DNA of 64,000 nt, taken from positions 1,737,876-1,801,875 of the forward strand of contig CAJINV010000006.1 of the NCBI GenBank assembly GCA_905178155.1, read 5' to 3'. Both the position numbers and the translations under genes were made by a program. This stretch comes from Amoebophrya sp. A120 (taxonomy: Eukaryota > Protista > Dinoflagellata). The notes under the pieces are model-generated. The model ran no database searches. It was not told the DNA's origin and worked only from the letters and a program-made list of their open reading frames with translations. This document shows positions 1 through 13,900 of the stretch, in pieces (position 1 is the stretch's first letter; every line of letters starts with the position of its first letter).

Positions 1-580
1 TGCCGTTCCGTTTGTTCTGATTTTTCTGGCGCTATCAATATTTATTCCCTCGCAGGAGCCTGTGAAAATCGCAGAAAATAAGATTAAGCAGCCTCAAGGA
101 TCATGAGAAGTTTGTACACATACTCAAGGGCAAAGAGGAAGGTGAAAATATTTATCAACACACTCATATACGTTTTTCTTCACAATAAAAGTGGAATCAG
201 GAGGTCAGTTCCAGTTGTCTCCGAAGGCGATTTCGGAAACGACGCTCGCTAGAAGTACAACTACACTGTGTTCCTTTTTCAGCCACAAACGCCCGCGACA
301 CAAAAATTGTGGCGCGCGCGAGGTGGATTCATCTTCTTTTACTATCTACGGTTCCTGCCTCAAGAAAACTGCAAAGTGCCGTGTTCCGTGGTGGCTCTGC
401 TGATGCTCGTAGTTCCGGTCCACTATACCACGCGGCATAATATTATCCACGAGGGTATGGTTGGACGCACAGAGCATCATCGCAGAGATTCTGGGTTCTT
501 CGTTCCTCGGCTGTTCATCGTTCTCTTCCAGTTGGCCTTTCAGTGAGTGTGTATTTTCCAAGTTGATGCTCTGAATGTGA

Positions 581-918
581 TAAAAATAAAATTTTGAATT
601 TTCGCGGATTTGGGAAGACGATAAAAATAAAATTTTAAAATTTCGCGGATTTTGAAAATCCATAAAAGCGAAAATCTTGGTCGAACATGTGGTGAAGGGT
701 TGAAATTGAAGGCGATAAAAATAAAATTTTAAGATTTCGCGGATTTGTTATTTAACCTTTTTGAAAAGAATGCTTTGAAACAAGCAGAGCACTGCAGCCG
801 CGTGATATGATATGAGAAAAAGCAAGTTCCTTAGTTCTTGTGTTAGCCATGCTTGCTCGTTCTCGGTGTTTTCTCATTGGTGTTGCAATAAAAATAAAAT
901 TTTGAATTTTCGCGGATT
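581..918. repeat. Four dispersed copies of a ~32-bp AT-rich repeat TAAAAATAAAATTTTRARWTTTCGCGGATT
   Basis: Copies begin at ~581, ~622, ~716 and ~889 in the non-coding region upstream of gene 1. Confidence 0.85.
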
Positions 919-1427
919 CGGATTCGCGAACTCAATTGAAGATGATAAAATAAGTTTGAACAAAATGCATCTGGTGTCGTGGTGCTCTTGCTCCGTACAT
1001 GATCTTCGATCGCGCAATTATAGTCTGCTTCTCCTATCTCGACTAAGTTCAACCTGCATCAGTATCGTTCTATGGCGGGGAAAATTCAAATTTGTGTCGT
1101 ACAGCCACGAGTAGAGCTATCGTTGAGGGAGAGAGAATCAGAAGGATTTATTGCAAAGAAGGTGCGCTTCGTGCTCGTCGATTTGGCATCGTCGGCGGCT
1201 CCTCGGCCGCCAGGCATGACAGGAGAGGACTCGCAAATTTCCATACGCAAAAAGTAAAAGACGACCTCTAGCTCTCTTTGCTTCATTGTTATTCATCGAA
1301 AATTTGAAGATTTTTGATCAAAAAAAGGTGTATGATGTAAAAACGTGTAGCCTTTTAGTAGTTCCCGGTAGAAGTGCTGCTTGCGTTGCCTTTTAATCTA
1401 CTTCTCTTTCACAACAAGAAGCAAAGC

Positions 1428-4400
1428 ATGGCCTCCGCAATTCTGAATGATTTTTTGAATGGACCGCTCCGGTCTGTTTCCGAAGCGTTGTTGGCGCCCC
1501 AGCCCTTCTACGGCCGCAAGTACTACTACGACGAGTGCAAATGGGGTAAGGCGACCAGCAACGGGCAGTTTTACCAGCAGTGCAACGAGCGGGCGGGTCC
1601 GGAGCCAAGGTTCGTGCCCACTATGCATTGCAAATATCGATCTGGGTCTGGAAAGCTGTAACTTGTGATGCTGCACTTGCATACTGCAAAAATCTGTATT
1701 GCATGAACATCAAAAGAGGTTCAGTTTTTGCCACGGCGAGGGCGCATTTCTCATGCAGTGTAGGCATCAGGAAGCTGTCACAAAATCTGTGATGCTGGGG
1801 CATGCATCACAGCCGTCAGGAGTCACGCAAAACGTGCATGACAAACCTTGCATCCTTCCAGAAATCCAGGGATATTTGCATTTGATACCCACCGACAAGG
1901 ACGAAGCGACGTTTTTCAAGAAGATCAATGGAGACATATGCAATTGGTGGAAAAGTACAACCGTTTACTAGCTATAAAAAATCGCATGACAAATTCCCTC
2001 AGCATGAAGAGCGAAATTTGTAATGCGGATTTATTACCGTGAGAGTGCAAGTTGTAATTATTATGCATGTCTACGATTAGGATTACTACGAAAACGAATG
2101 CGGTGCTTTTGCATTGCATAAGACAAAGTGTCCAACGACCGGAAACTCGCGCTGCTGATGGAGCCTGGCTATGAATTGCAAGAGTATCGTACTAGTATAA
2201 GTCGCATGACAAACTTCGATTTCCTCAGCATGAGAAGTAAAATTTGTAATGCGGATTCAACTCAACATGGAAATTTGTAATGCACAAATGCGATTAGTAC
2301 GAGTGCGATACCTTTGCAATGCATACTGGCCAGGGCGACGCGGTCGAGGCGGCGGCGAAACTGGGGCTGAAGCTCCCAAAGCACGTGTCCGCGGCGTACT
2401 ATCACGACCGGGTGGAGGAGTACGCCAGCGCGCTGCGGTCCAGCGTGACCAGCCACAACGGGAAGAATTCCCGGCTGTACCCGCCAACAGCGGGGATGCA
2501 GGACGCGGGAAACTTGGAGCAGCCCATCTTGGTGGTGGACGAGATCTCTCCTACGATTGAATCCACGGACCTCATGGACTTTAACGCGAGCGTCGATTCT
2601 GGGTATTTCTGCAAGTCCCCCAACCGCATCGCCGACGACGTTATCTATCCGGAGGCTAACGGCGCGGGTAACGACAGCACGACCACCTCATGGCTAGCGC
2701 AGAAACTGCACAAGGTGAAGAATTTCTTCCACCCGGCCGGCAGCAAAGCGGTCGCTTTTCACCCGACGTTCACGTTTCGCGACCCGATCCCGGGGCTGCT
2801 CCACGTCAAGATGCGGGATCTCACCACTGGCGCAGTGCACTGGGATCAAATTTTATGCATTGCGAAAGTTTCGTACTCCTACTCCTAGTGTTCGTATTGC
2901 AATACAACTTAGGTCAGCATGACAAATGGAATTTCTCATGCTGATTTAGCTTGAGGAAAATATTTGTCTTGCATGACTGCGATCAGAAGCACGAGTGCGA
3001 TACTTTTGCACACGATAAATTTTCAAGATGAACTACTCCACGGTGCTGGACGAAACCACGGAACCACTTGCGCCGGGGGAACACGAAGAAGCCGGCGAAA
3101 GCGATCTGCCACCGCTGACCGGAAACAACCGCCCCTTCTATCCGGTTTATCAAATGCAAATACGTCTGGATCTGGAACCGATTGTTGAGGTTTGTGCTGC
3201 TGCGTCTGCTTGACACAGAAGGCGTGGTATGGAACGCCTAGCATCACAGGTTTCGAGACGGTGTCCCGATGCCTGATCCGCATGACAAGCGCCTTCTTTC
3301 GGCGAGAGGACAAAAAGCTCCTTTTACTGTCCAAGCATGACAGATTTTTGTGTGAAGATCCAAGTATGCATCACAAGTTCGCATCCTTCCAGACCCAGAC
3401 ATTTTTGCATTTGATACGGTTTGCCCGGACGCGAAATCCCTGAACACCTTTCACCAGTTATCAAAATGAAAAATCCCCCCTCCCCATATTGAAACGGAAA
3501 CTTCTGTTGCTGGATTTGTGTACACAAGTCAGCCCTGTCTTGCAGCGAGGCACTACAGGCAAAGCCTCAGCCTGCGTAGGGGTGTTTTGTGGTAGGCTCT
3601 TGGCACCAGAGAGGCCTGCCATGTAGGTGAAACAGCATTACAAATCGCCCCCATAAGGCGGCGGATTCTTTGGGTTTGCCTTCTTGCAAGACAGATGTGA
3701 TTTGTGACCTCAAATCCGCAACGCAAATTTTTGGACACATTCTTTTTCGATATGGGGAGGGGGGATTTTTCCTCTCAATACCAGTACGAGATCACGTTCA
3801 AACAGGTGAAACCCTACCGGCGCCAGTACACGGACGCACAGTGTTATGGGGGTGTCAGGATTGAAATCGTCAAAGTTGAAATAGTTTGCCATGCATGAAT
3901 TGGATGCCAGTCGGAACCCAGTTTCCAAGTGGCGCACGACAAATTCCGGCGTTACCGCAATCCAGTTTGTCATGCTGTTTAGGCAAAGAGGACTGATTTT
4001 CTCATGCTACTTTAGCAGCTCAACCTCTAACCCCAAACAGGCTTACAATCGGTCTCACTTGGTTGCTCTGCAACACACGTAAGTCGCGTCATGCATTTTA
4101 TGCATGACAAATCATTTCAACTTTGTCGATTTCAAACCTGACGCTTCCATAAGTGTCGGCAAGCGGCGCTGAAGCAGGAGTTTCAAAATTACCATGCTGA
4201 AATATGAAATGCAAAAGCATCGTACTCGTACTAATCGCATTTTTCCTGCATTACAAATTTTTTTCTCAAGTTCAATCCGCATTACAAATTTCATTTCTCA
4301 TGCTGGGGAAATTTGTGATGCGATCCATACTAGTACGATACTTTTGCAGTGCATATGAAAAACCGAAAGCTGATGAGGATGCTGTCGAGGATAAAGTTTC

Positions 4401-6233
4401 TCGCGGGCCGGCGGTGCCGTGGCTTCTGGACTCCCGCAGGAGCAAGGGTGCAAATAAAACCTCCTCGTCCGACGATGAAGATGTTGACGCAAAGTCTTTC
4501 TTGGAGCTTAGCAAGGAGAAGTTGTTGTTCCCCCACGACGGAGGATACCCAGCCGCGACAGATACTTCTAGCAGGACGGGGACATCGGGCGGTAGAACTT
4601 CTCCAACTGCTTTGCTACCTCCTTCCGCGGGCGGCGGAAAACTACATCAAAATGGAAGTAACCACAGCGCGGCTGCCGGCTTCGGAGAAGATGAAGATGA
4701 CAAAATGAATCTCGGTACAACTAAAACAACATCAATTACAACTCCGCCTGATGTTGAAATGAAATACGGCAATAAAGGCAAACCAGCACGAATACAGCAA
4801 GAAGAACATCAGCCAGAGCTCGTCCAGCAGCCCGGGCAGGGCTTGGTCGTCGTTGAAAATGGGTTCTACAAAATCGGAAGATTTCTGTTTGGTAGACGAC
4901 CAGGAGGCGGGGACGAGCAGATAATGAAAACTGCACTCGACGATGGCAACAACTCGGTTGGCGGGGACGAAGTTGTAACTGCGAATGAAAAGACGAGTTT
5001 TGAAAATAGCACTAGAAGAAATAATACAACCGATGTTCTTGCACCACTTCCATCATCGGCTGCATCTTCTTCAGCCACGTCCTCTACTTCTAAATCATCT
5101 TCCCGCCCACCACCCGAAGTCGATTCGTTCTTCCTGGTTCCGTCGGAAAGGAAAAACCAAATCTTGCGCAACGCGGGACGGAATATCCAGCTTTTGGCGC
5201 CGCCGGGGGCACCTCCGACGGTGAACTTCGCGACAGCACCTCCTCTCGCGGGGGACAAAAAAACCGCTTTCGGCGTTTTCCAGAACGTGCTCGACTTGAG
5301 CGGGAAGCTCACGGAGGGCATGTATCATATGTAAAAACGTCCCCACCCCATAGTCAACTTGGGAACTTAGCAACACAAATCCAGAAGTTTTGAGAGCCAC
5401 GCATGACAAGCTGCAGTCCGTAGTGTAGTGCATGTCAGCAAGGACAACCGCATCACAAATCCATCTGCTTATGATCCTGTTTTCTGCATTACAAATTCCA
5501 GAGCGCGATTGGAAATGCCCCTCATCATGGAGATGCGCATTACAAACCTTCTTGTAATCGCAAAGCTGCATGACAACTATGGGGTGGGGATGTTTTTACT
5601 CACGATAGCATGGCCGGAACAGCCGGGGGAGGGGGCGGGGTCAATGGCGAAGATCTCGAGGATATGGATTGCAACTGTGTCTGAATCTGGAAGAGTGCAA
5701 CTTGTGATGCTGCATTTGGATTCTAGAAAAATCTGTGTTGCAGCATGAGCAGCAATGGGAATGTAATTTTTGCTACGTAGAGAGCATTTTTTGTCATGCG
5801 GAATAGGCATCAACATCAAGAAGCCCGGAAAAAATCTGTGATTCCAGGGCATGCGTCACAGACCGTGTTTATAAAAGTTTCGTTCCATGTCTATTTCGCA
5901 TCACAAAGTATCCAGACCCAGACGTACTATTTGCATTGTCGATACAGGAGACCTGCGGAGAAAAGGGGGGTTGGACCAGTGACGCCAATGAGTATACGGA
6001 CTTAGTCGGCCGGGTGCTGCTATCCTGTGCAAAAGTATCTGATAGATACTCGTATTGCAATCATGCATTACAAAGTTCCTTTTTTTAAAAGGTAAATCCG
6101 CATTACAAATTTCACTTCTCATGCTGCGGAAATTTGTAATGCATTTATACGAGTACGATACAGCTTTTGCACTGCATAGCTGCTCACGGAAGCGCATTCC
6201 ACCGCCCTTCCCTTCGATCACACCATGATGTGA
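1428..6233 (+). CDS. Gene 1: hypothetical protein split by 11 TAT..ATA introner elements; Cys-containing N-terminal part and a low-complexity middle exon
   Basis: ATG 1428 (MASAILNDFLNG). Removing the elements at 1622-1887, 1937-2120, 2170-2325, 2854-3017, 3148-3416, 3459-3780, 3845-4151, 4203-4355, 5323-5607, 5663-5944 and 6021-6178, each plus one 5-nt TSD, gives one open frame (..RFVPT|DKDEATFF..NGD|KVSND..EPG|QGDAV..) to TGA 6231-6233. No family recognised. Confidence 0.85.
1622..1887. mobile_element. Introner family B representative (about 230-330 bp; TIR TAT-N5-GCAAAWATGTCTGGGTCTGGAA)
   Basis: Starts TATGCATTGCAAATATCGATCTGGGTCTGGAA and ends GATATTTGCATTTGATA; TSD CCCAC at 1617-1621 and 1888-1892. 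Many further copies, e.g. 3148-3416, 5663-5944, 48672-48934. Confidence 0.92.
3459..3780. mobile_element. Introner family C representative (about 285-330 bp; TIR TAT..GAAAAATCCCCCCTCCCCATAT)
   Basis: TSD CCAGT; ends ATATGGGGAGGGGGATTTTTCCTCTCAATA. Other copies at 10166-10481, 10520-10832, 17558-17880 and several between 42.8 and 58.8 kb. Confidence 0.92.
3845..4151. mobile_element. Introner family E representative (about 305 bp; TIR TATGGRRGTGTCAGGATTGAAATCGTCAAAGTTGAAA)
   Basis: TSD AGTGT; ~37-bp TIR. Other copies at 15377-15683, ~18149-18456, ~23802-24148 and ~58892-59202. Confidence 0.92.
5323..5607. mobile_element. Introner family G representative (TIR TATC..GTAAAAACGTCCCCAC)
   Basis: TSD GCATG; ends GTGGGGATGTTTTTACTCACGATA. 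Other copies at 22626-22930, 26856-27150, 49994-50300, ~52864-53176 and 56614-57041. Confidence 0.9.
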
Positions 6234-6235
6234 AA

Positions 6236-6471
6236 TATGGCGTTCTCAACTGTTACATTCTCAACTGTTACATGAATTTGTGACGCAAGACTGGCAAAAG
6301 TGAAAGGAGGAAGATTGCGCCTTTTGCATTACAAGCCTGGCGCAGATTCAGATGCTGTCTAGCCCTTGCGAAATTTGTCATGCGAAGCAGCTCGATCATC
6401 TGCCGGCTTAAGGTGCTTTTGCATCACAAATCCATGTAACGGTTGAGAATGTAACGTTTGAGAACGCCATG
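6236..6471. mobile_element. Family H introner copy in the 3' flank of gene 1, without an intact TSD
   Basis: Starts TATGGCGTTCTCAACTGTTACA 2 nt after the stop and ends GAGAACGCCATG instead of ..CCATA; flanks TGAAA and GGCTA do not match. Confidence 0.75.
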
Positions 6472-7963
6472 GGCTAAAACGGAAAAGAGCTGTGATGTTG
6501 AGGCTGTTCTGTGAAAAGATATTTTTCTTGCTCACGACACTGACAATGTTCTGACACAGACACAGCACGCAGATTGCTGTTAGCCACGCCTTCAATAGCT
6601 GTAGCAGCTCGGGAGGAGCAAAAATGTTGACCGGGCGGGAGCTTTTTTTCACAGTCGAATGAGAAGTTGTTGAAAAGTGTAGAATTTTAGCTGGTAGAAT
6701 TGTTTGAATTGTATGATCCTGCGCAGCTCGTCGCTTCAGGAACAAGGACCATTGTTGTACGCATCTGCAAATCTCGAAGAGTTTTGTGATTCTTGTCCGT
6801 AACAGGCTACATCTTAGGAGCGAACTTCCTTTGATGCGAACACTGCGCGACAACACGAGTTGTTCTGCCGTATGCAGCATATTTGTCTTGTGTGCTAGGT
6901 GAATCGACTGCGAGGACCTGCTCCAAATGCAACCAGCAAACAAAAGAATGCAGATTCTCAACAATACGGCGCTAAGAACCACCACGAACTCGGTTTTGTG
7001 CGGTATTAGTGTGTTTGTTTTCGGTGTAATCACGAAGCAAGAATGTATTCGCAGGATCTTGTTGCTCTCAGTCTCAGACTCAGTCAACAGACAGGGAGGT
7101 TATTTTGTTCGTCGACGTGTCACAAGAACTTTCAACATGTTCACTGTTGTTCTGTGGGCGTACTACAACTAAATCATTTGTCAACGTCGCAGAGGACCGC
7201 GCATGACGACGAGGCAAGCCTGCTAGACATGCTCTTACTATGAGGAGAGGCTACGGCTAGAAGCATAGAGCATTCGTCGCTTACAACAAGGGTATACTAG
7301 AACAACAAGAACCGAAAGAGCGTCGTCGAAGCGTATAGTATTCTTGAACAAGTAGAAACTACTTCATGTCGTGAAAACTGTGGTCGTGGTGGGGTATTCA
7401 GTGATGCACTAAGGAGATCATAGTGAAACAAATCACGAAAAAAAACTTGTCCTGCACTTGCTTCTACGTGGTACAACTAGTGATCGTAGCGAGTGTTGAT
7501 GAGCGAAGCAACGGTCAGTCGTGCCTGTATTTGAATATTCATTGACCTCGTCCGATCAAGTTGTAGTTCTAGCTCTACGTAGTCGTAAAACCACCTTCAG
7601 TCGGAGAGACGAGTAGGTAAATACTTCTAGAGAACAAGCACTTTGATAAATTTTTGCATGGAAGCTGTTTATCATAGATGAAGTATGGCGTCTTAGGCAC
7701 AGTTTTATTTGAAGTTCTTGTACATGCTACTTGTCTACTTCATGACAACATCCACATCAGAATAAGACAGGGACCGACTGTTGTTTTTTTTGACCGGAAC
7801 TACTACAGTGCTGGGTCATCAACAAATATATGGCGGGGAGAAAGAAAAGAAAACTCAAACAAAACCGACCACAGGGTGACGAGAAAAAGATGGATTTGCT
7901 TTTACAAATCTAGTAGGGAACCAGAGCAGTAGAAACACGACCTTATCGTGAATAAGATTGATC

Positions 7964-10900
7964 ATGCCGGAGCAGCTGCAGCAGCAGTCTTCCGCAGCGT
8001 CCAGTGCTGCTGCTGCGCATCACCAAAACAGCAATCCAAATACACCCTATATCCCGGAGAGCGAGACGCCGCGGTTCAAGAATCTCGGGTTTCAGGGGCT
8101 GTTGCAGTTGGCGCAGAAGGCAAATCCGGTGCTGCTCGACACTGCGGTTACGAGGATAAGTGACGGGGATGGGTACGACGTTTTGCTCGAGGACGGTTTC
8201 GATATCCTTTGTAAAAGTATTGTACCCGTATTGCAATCATGCATTACAAATCTTTTTCTTAAGGTAAATCAGCACTACAAATTTTATTTCTCATGCTGAG
8301 GTGGACGAAATTTGTAATGCATCTATCGCAGTTGTACAAATTTGTCTTTGTCATGCGACTTTTCCTCTACTAGTACGATTTACTTTTGCAATGCATATTC
8401 GACCGGACCCTACAACACTCCACAAGCCAGCTTATCAGCGAGGGTATTAGTCGCGTAGTTGTAGTTCAACATCACTTCACCATGCGTTTGCATTTATTTT
8501 TTCATATTTTATTTCAACGTAAAGTCGTTTGTCATGCAGTTGCAGATTGAACATCAACACTTATACATGGCAAAAGTATCGTACTCGTAGTAACAATTGC
8601 AATACAAATTAGCTCAGCATGACAAAGGAAATTTCTCATGCTGATTTAGCTTGAAAAAGAAATTTGTCTTGCATGGCTGCGATTTTTCTTGCTAAAATCA
8701 CTTTAAAATTCTGATCAGGTGACCCTTCCTCCCCGAAGTCTGCTTCGGGTACCAAGAAGAAGCTCCGACACGGAAAATCCTCTGGTGACGTCGGGAAGTT
8801 GGAACGGCAAGTATCCCAACTCGAGGCGAAGCAGAAAGCCACCGACAAGAAGCTGAAGGAAGAAAAACGACGAGCGGTGGCGCTGGAAAAAGAGTTGGCG
8901 AAACTGCGGGTGGACAAAACCGAATATGAGAATCAGCTGTTCCAGAAAACCATCGACCTGTCGGCGTTGAAGAAGGAACGAGAGCTGGACCGACGGGCTT
9001 TCGACGCGGACTGCAAGAAGAAAGAGGTGTTTCTGAAGAAGCTGCTGCTCATATGAAATTGCACAAGTCCCCGTCCCCCTCATTTGTATGGCATCAACAG
9101 CATTGCAAACACCAGCACAAGTGCACCCTGTGCATGACAAGTTCATGATGCGCCGATTGTACTACTGTTTGGATCATTTCCGGAATTTGTCATGCACGCG
9201 GTGAAACAAGGTAGCAAGTGGATTTGGGTTTTTGCATGACAAATGAGGGGGAGGGCGGGGAGTTGTGCAGTGCCATAGCTCACGAAGAAGGAAATTTTGA
9301 AGGACCTGAAATTGAAGATCCGCCCAAAAACCGCCTTATCCTGTGCAAAAGTATCGTACTTTCGTATTGCAATCATGCATTACAAATCTTTTTGTTAAGT
9401 CAAATCCGCATTACAAATTCTATTTCTCATCATGCTGAGGAAATAATTTGTAATGCATTTATACAAGAATCGGATAGGATACTTTTGCAGTGCATACGCC
9501 TCCTTGAAAGACGCCGGAGGGGTCCACATAGATGAGTTAGCACTGGAGCGCCGATATCAAGTGCAAAAATGTCTGGGTCTGGAAGTAGAATGCAAGTTTG
9601 TCATGCTTGTCACGCGTGGCTCGAGAATCTGTGTTGCATCGGCACGAAATGGCCCTCTTACCTGTCATGCAAAAACGCAGTTTGCCATGCGGAATACGCA
9701 AGACATTGCAGCCAAGATGAAATTTGTCAGGCATAGCTGCGTATTGCAGCGCATCTAGCATTCACTTGTAGCATTTGCATTACAAGTTTCCAGACCCAGA
9801 CACTTTTGCATTTGATAGCCGACCACTGTCCGCGTCGAAACCGGTGCCGCAGTTTTCCGATGGAAAGAACATACTAGAACGACTCCAGGGGGAGGACACG
9901 GAGAATCTATGAAAGTGCACAACCCCCCCTCCCCCTCATTTGTCATGGTGCAAAATTCCAAGTCCACCCTTTACCTGTTCGCACTGTTTGCATGACAGAT
10001 TCCGGCAGCACTACAATCCTCTAGGAATTTGTCATGCAAAAGTTGCATCTTTGCCAGCGCTTGTGTTGCCGTTCATGCAACACAAATGAGGGGGAGGGGG
10101 AGTTGTGTGCTCTCATAGAATCTCCTGTCCTTCTACAACTTGAAAGGAATCATGGGCACCGGCGATATCGTGAGGAAAAATCCTGCTCCCTCCCCATATC
10201 GAAAAAGAAATTTGTGTTGCTGTATTCGAGTACACAAATCGCTTTGTATTGCTAGAAGGCCAAGAGACGAAGCTGGTCCCTCTTTTGCAGGCAATTTGTC
10301 ATGCTGTTCCCGTTTCCAGTTGCTTCCTGTCATGCTGAAGACGCAAGGCTTTCCCGCGCCAGCCAGCACTACAATCCGCATCTCTTCCCTTCTAGCACGA
10401 CAAAGCTGATTTGTGGTCACAAATCCGCATCACAGATTTCCGTTTTGATATGGGGACGAGGCGGGATTTTTCTTCTTGATAGGCGAGGGGGTGACCTCCA
10501 CGAGACCACAGTCCGCGGCTATTGCAAGGAAAAACCCCCCTCCCCATAATGTCGAAAACGAAATTTGTGCTGCTGTAGTTGACTACACAAATCGACGTGT
10601 GTTGCTAGAAGGCCAAGACCCGCAGTTGTGGTCTCGTTTGCAGGTGGTTTATCATGCTGTTTCCCACTTCCAGCTGCCTCCTGTCATGCTGAAGATGCCA
10701 GGCTTTCCCCCGCCACCCAGCACTACAGTCCGCATCTTTTGCCTTCTAGCATGACAAAGCTGATTTGTGTACGCAAATCCAGCACGAGAAATTTCGTTTT
10801 GATATTGGGAGGGGGGATTTTTCTTCTTGAAAGCGGCGTCCCGGTCTTCCTACGCGACCGGCACCACGGGGGCTCTACTGAACAATAACCGCTACAGTGG

Positions 10901-13900
10901 CAGAGTGACCCTCCCCATGGCGGGAGGGGGCGTCGCGGTAGAGCAAAGTGATATTCATTGCAAATATGTCTGGGTGGTCTGGAAGGTTGCAACTTGTGAT
11001 GCTGTCTCTGCATTCTAAAAAAATCTGTATTGTATGACCAGCAAGTAGAGGGGTCCAGTTTGTGCTACGTGGAGAGAGCATTTCTCATGCGGAATAGGCA
11101 TCAGGAAGCCCTCCAAAAATCTGTGATGCTAGGTTGTGCAACATTACAGGCGTCACGGGTCATGTAAGATTTGCATCACACGTCTTGCATTCTTCCAGAC
11201 CTCCCAGGCAGTATTTGCATTCCATAAGTGAGGAAGAGCCACCACCACCGGTAAACCCCATGCCGCTGCAGGAGGCGTGGAGCCAGAGTGTGGGGAACGC
11301 AAAGTTATCAAATGCAAAGATGTCTGGATGTCTGGGCGGAGGTTGCGAGATCATTTGTCGTGCTAGTCGGGCATGACTCTGAGCTCTGTATTAATTCCGT
11401 GGCCGCAAAGAGCACGTCTTGCCTGTCATGTAAATAAAACGCAGTTTCTCATGCGGAGTTATTTGCAACTCAGAATCACGGAAAGAGTTGTCATGCTGGG
11501 CAGCGCATTACAGTGTGCTCACTATTCCCTTTCTTGCATCACAAGTTTCCATACCCAGGCAAAGGCATTTTTGCAATGCATAAAAGTCCTCATCCAACAA
11601 TAACCTTGGAACAAGCGGCGCGACCAGCAGCTCGTCGAGACCCGGTACGGGCCGCGGCGGGGGAAAGCAAGGCGGGAGTGGCGGCGGCCTGGCGGCGCTG
11701 AAGGGAGTAAATCTAAACATATGCATTGCAACAGTATCCGATACTAGTATACATAGATCGCATGACAAATTTCCTCAGCATGAGAAATAAAGATTTGTAA
11801 TGCGGATGGACCTTGAGAAAGAGATTTGCAATGCAGGAATGCGATTAGTACAACGAGTGTGGTGCTTTTGCAATGCATAAAACAAGGACGTGGACGATTT
11901 ACTGAATGAACAGGAGTATCCAGTGCAAGAAAAGGATCGTACTCGTATAAATGCATTAGAAATTATTTTCTCAGCATGAGAAATAAAATTTGTTATGCGG
12001 ATTGACCTTTAGAAAAAGATCTGTAATGCAAGGTTGGAATTACTACGAGTACGGTCGCGATGCTTTTGGATTTCATAAGGAGGAGCAAGGGGAGCCGGAC
12101 GACGAAACAAAAAAGCTATCCTGTGCAAAAGTATCGTACTCGTATTGCAATCATGCATTACAAATTTCCTTGTTAGGTCAAATCCGCATTACAAATTTTA
12201 TTTCTCATGCTGATGAAATTTGTAATGCATTTATACGAGTGCGATACTTTTGCAATGCATAAAAGCCACTCTTCAGCAATATCCTGTGCAAAGATAAAGA
12301 AAAGCATCGTACTCGTACGCAACTTCCCAGGAATGCATTACTACAAATCGCGATCTTCAGGTGAAACCGCATTACAAGAAATCTTAATGCTTCTCAGGCT
12401 CTACTAAATGTCATGCTATTCGTACTATGCGATACTTTATTTCCTTTTGCACTGCATAGGCAAAGACGACGTGCAATTTCTGGCAGAGGAGTTCAAGAAA
12501 CTGGACCAGCGGTTTGCCATCGCGAGCATCGACCGGCAGGAAATGGCAAAAATTCAGGCGGAGCTGGCAGTAAGCAGCGAGAAAGCGAGCGACTTGGAAT
12601 CGACTTGCAAGGCAGCGCGGGACTTGATATGCATTGCAGCTACGTCTGGGTCTGGAATAAACTTGTGATGCTAGGCTACGAGGAGTGACTGCTCTGTGAT
12701 TTTGTACAGCCAAGCATTATGAGAAATAAGATATACGTGTCGCGTCGTGTAGTTGCTCTTTCCGCATGACAAAGTGTGTTTTTGCGTGACAACAAGCAAA
12801 AGCATCTCTTCATCTTGGACACGACGCATCACAAACTCTTCAGTCATGCCAGACAAGCATGGCAAACAGTTGCATTCTACTTCCAGACCACCCAGACATA
12901 TTTGCATTGGATACTTGACGCAGAAATACCAAGTCGAAAAAACCAAATTGGAGGACGGCATGAAGAGAAGCAAATCGGTACCATCAAAATTTTTGTTTGT
13001 CATTGTCATGCGAACAACAAGAGTGCTAATATAGTGTCAATAACCTCTGTAGTCAACATCATGCGGTCTGTATTCACTACCAACACAAAAATTATTAGGT
13101 CGCCACCAAGTTGGCAGAGCGAGCGAACCTGGAGGACCAGCAAAATGACAGGGTACGGAAAACTATGAGAGTGTACAACTCGTACCCCTCCCTTTCATTT
13201 GTATGACATGAACAGCAACACAAACATAACTACACGTGGAGCCTGTGCATGACAAATTTATGTACCTACTGCTACTGTAGTAATGTTTGGGCTTCCAAAT
13301 AAATTTGTCATGCAAACAGTCCCACAACGCAGCGATTGGGTTCTGTTGATTTTGCATGGCAAATGAGGGCGAGGGGGGGTTGCGCACTCTCATAAAAACG
13401 GTGAGAAAACATGAAGACCACATTGCCTACCTTAAAAACCAGATGAAGGAAGCCAACGAGAAAAACGGAAAAGCTATAGCGAGAAAAAACTGTTTCACTG
13501 TGAACTTGTGATGCAGAAAATGGAACACAGAACTATTTGTCTTGCTACACGACCTGCAAGACATTGGATTTTCAAACGTGTTTTCGTCCCCTGGGAAGTG
13601 CGCGTGGCAAGTTTTCTTTGTCATGTAGGAGGAACTTGTGAAGCGAAACTCACAAAATGAAAATCGTCACAGTGAAACACTTTTTTCCCACGATAAAAGC
13701 GATCAAAGATCTACAGGCCGAGAACAGTAACCTGCGCAAGAAAAATATCGTACGAAAAAAGTTTGTCACAGTTACTAACTTGCAGGTTTTGCATTACAAA
13801 TTTTTTTAGCATCACAAGTTTTCCTTGTATTGCAGAAACACTAGGAAAATCCCCTATGAAGCTTGGCTGTGATGCATTTTTACGCATGACAGAAAATTTT

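Noticed and set aside
1343-1360. GTGTAGCCTTTT resembling a relic dinoflagellate spliced leader (CCGTAGCCATTTTGGCTCAAG)
   Set aside because: The match is too short and lacks GGCTCAAG.
6359-7087. 242-aa minus-strand ORF
   Set aside because: No recognisable features, non-ATG start, and its end runs into a decayed element; treated as intergenic, though not excluded.
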